Positions 19,917-27,946 of a DNA stretch of 64,000 nucleotides are shown here, piece by piece (position 1 is the first letter of the stretch; every line of letters starts with the position of its first letter). The position numbers were made by a program, and so were the translations under genes. Origin of the DNA: an uncultured Verrucomicrobiae bacterium (GTDB lineage: Bacteria; Verrucomicrobiota; Verrucomicrobiia; Limisphaerales; Palsa-1400); assembly GCA_963702845.1 (NCBI GenBank), contig OY969763.1, positions 4,896,001 through 4,960,000 on the forward strand. The letters are read 5' to 3'. The notes beneath the pieces are model-generated. The model did not search any database. It was not told the DNA's origin and worked only from the letters and a program-made list of their open reading frames with translations.

Positions 19917-20921
19917 ATGTCTTTGCTAAACGACATCGAACCTTTGAAGCAGGCCGCGCTGGCCGAATTGAAAGCCGCGTCCGACCTCGCCACCCTCGAA
20001 CACGCCAAAGGTTCCTTCATCGGCCCTCAGGGAAAATTCACCGCGCTGATGAAACAGATGGGCTCGCTCACCAAAGAAGAGCGGCCCGCTGCCGGCAAAC
20101 TCATCAACCAGGCCAAAGCCGAAATCGAAACCGCCTTGGTCGAACGCCGCGCCGAACTCGAACTTAAAGCCGCGCTCCCAAAAGAGCCGACCGATTGGAC
20201 CCTGCCCGGTCGCCGTCGCACCATCGGCAAACTTCACCCACTCACGCAAGTCACCGAAGACATCGTCCGCAGCTTCCGCAAAATCGGATTCGCGGTCGCT
20301 GACGGTCCCGAAGTCGAAGACGAATACCATTGCTTCGACGCCTTGAACACGCCCGCCGACCATCCCGCGCGCGATTCCCAGGACACGTTCTATCTCAAAA
20401 ACAACGAGCGTTCCCTTTTGCGCACACATACCTCCTCTGTGCAAATCCGCGTGATGGAAAAGCAGCCACCGCCCATCCGCATCATCGTCCCCGGCCGCGT
20501 CTATCGCCGGGACAATCCCGACGCCACCCACAACCCGACCTTCAACCAGATCGAAGGCCTCTACGTCGACAAAAAGGTCACCGTTGGCGATTTGAAAGGC
20601 TCCGTCGAATTCGTTTTCAAAGACCTGCTCGGCGCCGACACAAAAATCCGTTTTCGTCCGCACTATTTCTCCTATACTGAGCCCAGCTTCGAAATCGATT
20701 TCTCCAGTCCGCTCGTGAAAAAAATGGGCAAACAATGGCTGGAGATCGCCGGCTGCGGCATGGTCCATCCCCAAGTCTTCGAGAACGTCGGCTACGACCC
20801 CGAAGAATGGACCGGCTGGGCCTTCGGCTTCGGCATCGAACGCATCGCCATGATCCGTTACGCCATCAACGACATCCGCCTCTTCTACGAGAGCGACATG
20901 CGTTTCCTGAAACAATTCTGA
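19917..20921 (+). CDS. pheS: Phenylalanine--tRNA ligase alpha subunit
   Basis: HPARDSQDTFY, LLRTHTS, GRVYRRD, F.QIEG, WLEIAGCGMVHP and AFGFGIERIAM. Confidence 0.98.
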   Translation: MSLLNDIEPLKQAALAELKAASDLATLEHAKGSFIGPQGKFTALMKQMGSLTKEERPAAGKLINQAKAEIETALVERRAELELKAALPKEPTDWTLPGRRRTIGKLHPLTQVTEDIVRSFRKIGFAVADGPEVEDEYHCFDALNTPADHPARDSQDTFYLKNNERSLLRTHTSSVQIRVMEKQPPPIRIIVPGRVYRRDNPDATHNPTFNQIEGLYVDKKVTVGDLKGSVEFVFKDLLGADTKIRFRPHYFSYTEPSFEIDFSSPLVKKMGKQWLEIAGCGMVHPQVFENVGYDPEEWTGWAFGFGIERIAMIRYAINDIRLFYESDMRFLKQF

Positions 20922-20995
20922 ACGTTTCCCGCCAGCGGCGCGACCGACGCAAGCGTGACGAAAGCTGCCGATTCAGAAATTATACATCCCGCCTT

Positions 20996-21508
20996 ATGAA
21001 ACTATCGGATCTACTCAAGCTGAGCAGTTCAACCACACACAACGTCCTTAGTTTGTTTTCGGTGGCAATTTTACTGCTTTCCGGTTGTGCTACTACGCAA
21101 ACGTATTCGCAGGGATCGGCCACCTCCAAAACTGATTTAATTACTTTAACGTGCGATTCGGAAACCAATCTTAAGCTCTTTCCCGGAGCGAACCGCACCG
21201 TCACGATTACAAAACTGGACGGGAAAAACGTAGGGTCGTCTGTTTCTGAGCTTTTGTTTGGCGCGGCTGGCCACGCGCCGGGAATCGACCTTGCTTATGT
21301 CATCGCAGGACGGCATGAACTCGTTCTACACTGGAGGTCCATGAACACTTACGCAAACATGGCGTTGTGGTTTAATGCCGAAGCCGGCAAATCATATGCG
21401 GTCCGTTGGAAATCATTTAAGGGGCGCAACTTCCTGGACCCGGGCTCTACCGATTTTTGGATAGAGGAAGTCGCGACAGGAAAACACGTTGGTGGAGTGT
21501 TGGAATAA
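20996..21508 (+). CDS. Hypothetical lipoprotein
   Basis: Start MKLSDLL at 20996; lipobox LLSGC; paralog of the next gene. Confidence 0.7.
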   Translation: MKLSDLLKLSSSTTHNVLSLFSVAILLLSGCATTQTYSQGSATSKTDLITLTCDSETNLKLFPGANRTVTITKLDGKNVGSSVSELLFGAAGHAPGIDLAYVIAGRHELVLHWRSMNTYANMALWFNAEAGKSYAVRWKSFKGRNFLDPGSTDFWIEEVATGKHVGGVLE

Positions 21509-21921
21509 TGAAAGAGCGTTTCGCACATGTTATTTCGGTCGCCTTCGCTGCGGCATTAGTAAGTATTTGCGGCTGCAGCACGCGGATCACATGGACGGAG
21601 GACAAAGGGGTAAACCGCAACGAACTTGTAAAAGTTACCGGCGACTGGGAACCAAAATACAAGGTATTTATCGTCAAAGTTGATGAAAAGCGGCTGCGAA
21701 ATAACGTTCTCACCGGCTTAAATCAAACGGCATATCTTAAACCCGGCCAACATACTTTGGTGGTTGGGTACGAACACCGAATGGTCGGGCCTGGAATTAA
21801 TGGCGAGGGAGAGTCCCGGGCTTTTCAAAAGCTGAAGTTTATTGCGCAAGCCGGTAAGTCATACGCGATCCACCGAAAGCTGGACGGTTATCAAATTACT
21901 TTCTGGATTGATGAGTTGTAA
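21508..21921 (+). CDS. Hypothetical lipoprotein, paralog of 20996-21508
   Basis: TAATG coupling; lipobox ICGC; shared G.H.L.V and F.A(E/Q)AGKSYA...FWI.E motifs. Confidence 0.7.
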   Translation: MKERFAHVISVAFAAALVSICGCSTRITWTEDKGVNRNELVKVTGDWEPKYKVFIVKVDEKRLRNNVLTGLNQTAYLKPGQHTLVVGYEHRMVGPGINGEGESRAFQKLKFIAQAGKSYAIHRKLDGYQITFWIDEL

Positions 21922-21975
21922 CGAGCCAACGTTAGGTTCTTAAGAATCGGCGTGAGAATTGTACCCCGCTTAGCG

Positions 21976-23502
21976 TTATTGCCCCGGCTTGATGAGGCGA
22001 AAGAACTGCGCGGGACTGGCATCGATTGGGATCGAGACTTCAAACGAGTTGTTACTCTGCGAATAAGGTCCGGGGACAATTTGCCATACGCCGTTGGTGG
22101 ACACATCGGAGGAGCTTTGCAGGTTGAAGTTGGTGTAATCGGATGGCCATGCCAGTTGCAAAACGCCGGGGGTCGAGGCAAACGAGAGTTTTGGGGGCAC
22201 GTTCACTCCTGTGCCGAACAGTTCGAGATCGAAAGTAAGGCCCGGTCCAGCAACAATCGCTCTGTGGACCTCCACGGCAATGACATTTGTGCCTGCGGGA
22301 AGCGACATTGGCAGATTCGTCGCATAGTAAGTCCTTAAATAGTCTCCAGACAATCCTGGGGAAAACGTTGCCTTGGTTTGATAGGTGATCGTGCCCGCGG
22401 GAAGACTAACGCGATAAAGCTCCTTTCCGTTGAGGTAGACCACCGCACCATCCAAGCGGTTCAGGCGCAGGTTGAGATTGGTGTAGGTAACATCGCCGGG
22501 GACGACGAATGGATGTCGGAAATAGGTGGTGATGTATTTGTTATTCGGATCAGATCCGTAGCTCACGGTGGTCGTTTCGTAAACACCGTAGCCGAGCCGC
22601 CCTGCGCCCTGGGACCATGTTGAATCATCATAACCGGGCTGAGACCAGTTGGTGCTGAGGTCCAAGCCCTGGTCCGAGTATCTCCACGTCGAACCGCCTT
22701 GAATAAAAGGGGTCGTCACATAGTCGGGCCGAGCCGTGATCGCGGCGATTCGGAACATCATTTCGTTTGCAAGAAGCGAAAAACCTGTGGCAGTCGGATG
22801 CGTGCCGTCGCTGATCAAATTTGTGCCGACGGCCGAGAATAAATCCGCCACGTACACATTTTGGCCCTGGGCACGCCGAGCGGTGGCTAAGGCTTGGACT
22901 GCGTCGCCGAAAGCCCACATGTTCGTCTTGTATGAGCCATAGCTAAGAATCGTGGAGGCACTGATGGATGTGGGCTTGCTGACAATGATGTGGGCGTTGG
23001 GCACCTTGGCGAAGATCAAATCCAATAGCGCGGACAGGTGGTTAGTTGCCACCAGATAGGGATCGCGTCCGCGTCCCATATCGTTCACCCCCATGTCAAC
23101 GAGGACAAGATCGGGAAAAAAAGCATTTGTAAAAGCGTCAGACAGGCTCTTTAACGTGTAATTGTTTGCCGCCGTATAACCGTGCGGCGAGCCGCCCACG
23201 CCCGGGGCGCCAATCACCGCACTGTCCATCCCCTCGTGATGAACCTGCGTGAAGCCAGAGGAGGGAGCAGAGGACCAGCGTCCGAGATTTGTAAAGGCGT
23301 AGCCATTGGTGACAAACAGCTTCTGCAGATAAGACCGCCATGCGCCAGACATCGAGGAATCATCCGTAATCGAATCACCACTGCAGAGCACCTTCAGCGG
23401 ATGGGCGGCGGTGTAATTGGTCAGCACGAGTCCCGCACGCGCTGCGACGGCAAACGCGCCCACCATCAACCAAATTAATAGGAGCCACCAACGCCTTTTC
23501 AT
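21976..23502 (-). CDS. Secreted SGNH/GDSL hydrolase with accessory beta-domain and C-terminal FFRL domain
   Basis: GDSIT (block I), GVND (block III), DGTHP (block V); WRYSDQG..W...DDS.W..G..LGYG...TTYFR domain. Confidence 0.85.
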   Translation of the reverse strand: MKRRWWLLLIWLMVGAFAVAARAGLVLTNYTAAHPLKVLCSGDSITDDSSMSGAWRSYLQKLFVTNGYAFTNLGRWSSAPSSGFTQVHHEGMDSAVIGAPGVGGSPHGYTAANNYTLKSLSDAFTNAFFPDLVLVDMGVNDMGRGRDPYLVATNHLSALLDLIFAKVPNAHIIVSKPTSISASTILSYGSYKTNMWAFGDAVQALATARRAQGQNVYVADLFSAVGTNLISDGTHPTATGFSLLANEMMFRIAAITARPDYVTTPFIQGGSTWRYSDQGLDLSTNWSQPGYDDSTWSQGAGRLGYGVYETTTVSYGSDPNNKYITTYFRHPFVVPGDVTYTNLNLRLNRLDGAVVYLNGKELYRVSLPAGTITYQTKATFSPGLSGDYLRTYYATNLPMSLPAGTNVIAVEVHRAIVAGPGLTFDLELFGTGVNVPPKLSFASTPGVLQLAWPSDYTNFNLQSSSDVSTNGVWQIVPGPYSQSNNSFEVSIPIDASPAQFFRLIKPGQ

Positions 23503-23528
23503 AGACCATGGTTAACCGCAAAAACCGC

Positions 23529-23545
23529 CCGTGGAAATCACAAAA
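23529..23545 (-). promoter_or_regulatory. 17-bp upstream motif TTTTGTGATTTCCACGG, identical copy at 27589-27605
   Basis: Exact 17-bp match, 27 and 28 nt upstream of two minus-strand start codons. Confidence 0.6.
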
Positions 23546-23562
23546 GGGACGACCGCTTCAGC

Positions 23563-24210
23563 TTGACGCCCACCGACGCGGCACTAAAACTCATACTATT
23601 GACAACAACAGGCACAATGTTGGCGGCGCTCCGGCGGCTCTTGAATTCATCCGGCCTCCTTATGATCCTCATCGCACTGGCAGGCTTGCCTGCCTGGGCC
23701 GACGAGGTCCCGGCGGTCTCAACCAATGCAATTTCAACCAACACAGTGACGACGCCCCCGGTGACGACACTCTATTTGACCCGCACCGGAGAACGTTGTG
23801 CCGCGACCAATAAAGTGGGAAAAATCGCCCTCGCCAAACGCGGCATTCTGCAAGCAGGCGCATTGCAGTTCTTCACTATCGAACGTATCGGCACAGTGAG
23901 CTTGCGCAGGGGAATTTACGAATGCGTGATGGAACAACAGCACAATTCCGATGGCTCCGAAAAGCGCAAAGTGTTTCGTCCCCGGGCCGATGGACCGCTG
24001 GGACATCATCTCAAGAGCAGCACGGGCGGTCCCGCAGCTATCCTGATTCACCCCGCCAATACTCCGCACCAACTCACGGGCTGCATCGCCCCGGGCCGAA
24101 TTAAAACCCCTGACGGTGTGGATCAGAGTATTGCCGCCTTGAAAGCCATCTTCGACGCTTGCGGCGGTTTTGTTGATGGCAAGGTCGTGAGGCTGGTGGT
24201 CCGAAATTAG
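23563..24210 (+). CDS. DUF5675-like protein with N-terminal signal/TM segment; start uncertain
   Basis: L.LTR, FTIE, G.Y and ILIHPANT...LTGCIAPG...S..A motifs typical of DUF5675. Confidence 0.65.
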   Translation: MTPTDAALKLILLTTTGTMLAALRRLLNSSGLLMILIALAGLPAWADEVPAVSTNAISTNTVTTPPVTTLYLTRTGERCAATNKVGKIALAKRGILQAGALQFFTIERIGTVSLRRGIYECVMEQQHNSDGSEKRKVFRPRADGPLGHHLKSSTGGPAAILIHPANTPHQLTGCIAPGRIKTPDGVDQSIAALKAIFDACGGFVDGKVVRLVVRN

Positions 24211-24396
24211 AAATCTCTGATCTTCCCTGCGATCCGAGGCGGAGAGTCCGAACTCTCCTTGTAGCTATTCATATGCTGGTGGCCGTAGCAACTTCGCCGC
24301 CCGCCGGCCAGCATTCACGCCATATATCATCTTTTTCCGGGACATTTCCCGGTTCCATGGCTAATCCCAGTTGAACGGACCAATTTATCGCACCAT

Positions 24397-25260
24397 ATGA
24401 AATACATCGCACACCATTCCATTCGCCTTCTGTCGCTCCTTTGCCTTGCGGCAGCCCCGGTCTTTGCTGCCGAACCGCCTGCGGCTCTCACCCCCACTGA
24501 AATCTCCCTCTTGAAGAGCCAGCTTGCCGCAATAACAAATCAGGCCGCCGAACCAGTTGCAACCACGGCGCCGGACGCCGAATTTACTGCTGTCTGGCCG
24601 GATATGCCCACACTGAAGGACGCAGAGTTTAACGGTTTGCCTTTGGAAGAAGTTGCCCGCTCCGTGCGAAACTCCGCCACCAATGCATTCGACATTATCC
24701 TGCCCACCGACCGCAACGATCTGCCGAATGTCACTTTGCAACTCAGAAACGTGGGCCCGGCCCAAATCTTTACCGCCATGAATCTACAATTCGAAATGGA
24801 CGCCCAAAAATGGCGTTGGGTTCCTTTCCTTAACGGCGGCCGTCCAACTGTTGCTTTGAAAAGCCTCTCTCAAAAACCCATCCCGGCGGTCGAATCCAAA
24901 CTGCGAACCACCATCTTTTATTGCGGCGATTTGCTCCTGACCAGCGGGGCAGAAACCAGGCGCAAGGAAATGGACGACATTGCCAAATCCCTTGCCGAGA
25001 TGCTCAGCGTAGCCCGTGCGCAAACGTCCGATCAGTCGCCACACCCACGTATTTCCGTTGACGGACGCGTCGAAGTTTTGGTTGTCACCGCCACCGACGA
25101 CGAAATCGAAGTCATCAAAGATTTTTTGACCGCCCTTAAGCTAAGGGTCCACAACGAAACTATAAGAGCGAACGCAGCGATAAAAAACGGCTCGCCATCT
25201 CCCGGGAACCCAATTGCGACGGACGCCCAACCAGGCATACTCAAGCCAGGTAAGCCATGA
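24397..25260 (+). CDS. Secreted hypothetical protein with secretin N-domain-like segments
   Basis: Signal peptide; F.G.PLEEV...VTLQLRNV (STN-like) and ISVDGRVEVLVVTATDDEIEVIKDFL (N1-N3/NolW-like). Confidence 0.55.
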   Translation: MKYIAHHSIRLLSLLCLAAAPVFAAEPPAALTPTEISLLKSQLAAITNQAAEPVATTAPDAEFTAVWPDMPTLKDAEFNGLPLEEVARSVRNSATNAFDIILPTDRNDLPNVTLQLRNVGPAQIFTAMNLQFEMDAQKWRWVPFLNGGRPTVALKSLSQKPIPAVESKLRTTIFYCGDLLLTSGAETRRKEMDDIAKSLAEMLSVARAQTSDQSPHPRISVDGRVEVLVVTATDDEIEVIKDFLTALKLRVHNETIRANAAIKNGSPSPGNPIATDAQPGILKPGKP

Positions 25261-25264
25261 ACTG

Positions 25265-25912
25265 ATGCCGTCACTTGCGTTATCCAAACCATTGACTATC
25301 GCCAGCGCCATGAGCACGGCTGCCTCGGATGAAGCTCCAGTTGTGCCTTTGCTCGCCCCGGCCCAACACGCCGACATCTGGGCGCGTCGGGTGACCGTTG
25401 CCGTTTCCCGCGGCGATGACTCTGCCTTCCGGGAGTTGCACGATCACTATCGCGACCGCACCTTGCGCTTCGCCGCCGTTCTCGTGCGCGGAAACGTTGC
25501 CCTTGCCGAGGAAATTGTGCAGACCGTCATGCTCACCGTCGCCCGCAAACTCAAGCCCCTCGAAAGCGATGCTCATCTGTGGAACTGGCTCGCGCGCGTC
25601 ACCCGCCAGCACGCCGCCAAACTGGGCCGACGCGAACAGCGCGCCGCCGCCCTGAGTCAATCCGAAACCACAGACGACTGCGCCATTGCTGAAAAAGCCG
25701 ATTCCTTCCTGGAATCGTGCATGGACAGCGCATTACTCGAACTCGAAGAAGACGATCGTCAACTCGTCGAATGGTTTTATTTCGATGGCCTCAGCCAAAA
25801 AGACATCGCCGAACGCCTCGCCACCACCCCCAAAGCAATTTCCGGCCGTCTCGACCGCGCACGAGGCAAACTGCGGTTGGCCGTAAACCAAAAGCTATCT
25901 TATGAAAGCTGA
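25265..25912 (+). CDS. ECF RNA polymerase sigma-70 factor
   Basis: GDDSAFRELHDHY, AEEIVQ, WNWLARVTR; region 4 YFDGLSQKDIAERL..TPKAI.GRL.RAR.KL. Confidence 0.92.
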   Translation: MPSLALSKPLTIASAMSTAASDEAPVVPLLAPAQHADIWARRVTVAVSRGDDSAFRELHDHYRDRTLRFAAVLVRGNVALAEEIVQTVMLTVARKLKPLESDAHLWNWLARVTRQHAAKLGRREQRAAALSQSETTDDCAIAEKADSFLESCMDSALLELEEDDRQLVEWFYFDGLSQKDIAERLATTPKAISGRLDRARGKLRLAVNQKLSYES

Positions 25913-26282
25913 AAAACAAAAATTACTCGACGACCTGTGGGGCACCGCCCCTTCCCGGCGCGAAGCAACTTTACGCGCTGGAAGTGCCGTGCTCCGTCGC
26001 CGCCGTCACATCCGATTAGCCCTGCGAAGTTCCGCTATAATCTCAGTCCTGCTCGTATTAGCGGGTGTCTATTACCGGTCCCTGATGCATCCTGCCAGAA
26101 TCGCCAACCAAATTGCCGCGGCTAAGTCATCCGAGCATCCACAAATCGGAACCCTGAACAACGATCAACTGCTCGCCGTATTTGCCGACGCGCCGGTCGG
26201 CATAGTCAAACTCAAGGACGGACGGCAGCGATTAGTCTTCTTCCGCCCCGAAGACGAAGCGCGCTACGTAACGAGGTTCTGA
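25902..26282 (+). CDS. Putative anti-sigma factor (single TM)
   Basis: Overlaps the sigma stop; RRRR followed by a TM helix and a short periplasmic tail. Confidence 0.6.
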   Translation: MKAEKQKLLDDLWGTAPSRREATLRAGSAVLRRRRHIRLALRSSAIISVLLVLAGVYYRSLMHPARIANQIAAAKSSEHPQIGTLNNDQLLAVFADAPVGIVKLKDGRQRLVFFRPEDEARYVTRF

Positions 26283-26354
26283 GACTCCAGGAACGCTGCT
26301 GGTTAGGAGAAATGCGGGCTCTATCTGCCCCGTCAAAACTGTGTTCCCTTCCGG

Positions 26355-26468
26355 AACCCCAACGCGGGTTCAAAGCAGTCAGCCTAGGGTTGCGAGGAAC
26401 GAGCTACCCTAGGTAAAAAACCCAAAACGAAGTTTTCACTTTCGCGAAGCGGCGACGAAGGAGTTAAC
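26355..26468 (+). repeat. REP hairpin plus 33-bp junction repeat, copy 1
   Basis: aaccccaacgcgggtt...agcctagggttgcgaggaacgagctaccctagg...tcactttcgcgaagcggcgacgaaggagttaac; closely similar to 31020-31130. Confidence 0.85.
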
Positions 26469-26545
26469 AGTCTTATCCGCAAGACTTCGAAAACCTCGGT
26501 GTTAGCTGAGTCGCCTCAAAATAACTTCGTCACTTCCATTTGCCG

Positions 26546-27561
26546 CTATTTCGCCCTCATGATTGAGCGATGGTCGGACCCGGTAATACTGGTTCGGGCT
26601 GCGCTTTCTTCCAAATTTCTTGCGGGGCCTTGGGGTATTGGAGTTGCGTTGGTCGGGTTTAAGTAAAGGTGGAACCAGTGTTCGATGTACATCTGCACGA
26701 TGTCGGTAGGAAGATTGTGGCCGAACCCTTCGTAAATAACGAGACGCAGGCGGTCCGGGTCTTGTTTGTAATAGGGCCGTGCGGCATCGACAAAGGCCCG
26801 CGCGGTTTTCGGATCAACAACTTTGTCGTCGGCCCCGCTGACCATGAGAACTGCGCAGGGGAACATTTTTTGTACGTGAAGGATTGGATCGACTTTCGGC
26901 AAGAGCGCTTCCGTTTCAGGCCACAAGCCGTTGGTTTGTCCCCGCCACAGTTGGTTGGAATGCCAGCTCTCGAGCCACTGGTGATACGCGCCGGCGCTAA
27001 CGAAAGCGACGACGGCCGCGAGCCGTGGTTCTTGCGTTGCGACAGCCAGCCCCGGTATGCCGGTGGAGGAACTACCAACCCAGCCGATTTTTCCGATGTC
27101 GCCGCGCTTCAAAAGGTAGTCAATGACGCGACCGGAGTCTTCGACTGCGTTAAGGCCGCCTTCGACGTAGCTGTGGGCGAACCGTTGGTCGAAGTAAAGC
27201 CATTGCGGGCGGCGCGCGGGATCGGGGTCAGGTGCGCGCCGCGCTCGGCGTTGAAGGCGACGAGTATGTAACCTTCGTTCAGCAGATTGCTGCTCCAGGA
27301 CGGAAGAGAATTGGATCGCGCCGTGCCGAGCATGAGGATGGCCGGATGCTTAGCGACGATGCCCGGACGCCAGGCGAGTTCGATTTTAATCGTCGGTTGG
27401 CGATTAGTCAGAAAGACGGTAGCGAATTGGAACGGGCTGGCTTTTGCTTCGGCAGTTGATGTGAGGAGAATAACAAGTGCAGAGACAGTGACATTGCTGA
27501 TGGTGAAAGAAGCCGTTCGGCATAGCGCATTCAATAATGAGAACCACGAACGCGTTTGCAT
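26546..27561 (-). CDS. Alpha/beta hydrolase (prolyl-oligopeptidase / dienelactone-hydrolase-like), frameshift near 27230
   Basis: Nucleophile elbow GWVGSSSTG, SGADDKVV and YEGFGH; N- and C-halves in different frames. Confidence 0.75.
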
Positions 27562-27588
27562 GCGCCATGAGTAAACCTATAGACCCCA

Positions 27589-27605
27589 CCGTGGAAATCA
27601 CAAAA
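27589..27605 (-). promoter_or_regulatory. 17-bp upstream motif, copy 2
   Basis: Identical to 23529-23545. Confidence 0.6.
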
Positions 27606-27675
27606 CTTGTAGGAGACGAACTCCGCTAGGAGTGACATGTCTATAGAACCGCCACCAAAAAAATAATCATCCCAA

Positions 27676-27708
27676 TCACTTTCGCGAAGCGGCGACGAAG
27701 GAGTTAAC
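27676..27708 (+). repeat. 33-bp junction repeat, copy 2
   Basis: tcactttcgcgaagcggcgacgaaggagttaac, identical to 26436-26468; preceded by a different REP (aactccgctaggagtgacatgtctatag). Confidence 0.85.
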
Positions 27709-27759
27709 TGACTCTGGCTGTTCCAGCAAACAGAAACTTCGGACTTCCAAAGCAAAAAA

Positions 27760-27838
27760 CATCGCCATGATCCGCTGCGCCATCAACGACATTCGCCTCT
27801 TCTACGAGAGCGATATGAGGTTCTTGAAGCAGTTTTGA
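27760..27838 (+). pseudogene. pheS: Displaced copy of the pheS 3' end (att-like direct repeat)
   Basis: Encodes IAMIRCAINDIRLFYESDMRFLKQF*, versus IAMIRYAINDIRLFYESDMRFLKQF* at 20843-20921; 69/79 nt identical. Confidence 0.92.
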
Positions 27839-27946
27839 CCTCGTTGATGCGAAGCTCTTGGATTGCGGCAGTCGTCCGCTTTCCCATTTGCGAGAAAGCG
27901 CAGGGAATAGATAGCGTCTCCACTCTTATTTCCCCGCAATAGACAC

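Noticed and set aside
19926..20915. Long antisense ORFs (also 2758-3774, 15821-16690, 18124-19005, 44607-45887, 60546-61334)
   Set aside because: Shadows of well-supported genes on the opposite strand, expected with GC-rich codon bias; no motifs.
21915..21945. TAAC...GTTAGGT after a lipoprotein gene as an integron attC site
   Set aside because: Too short for an attC hairpin, no complementary R''/R' boxes, not repeated after other genes, and no integron integrase.
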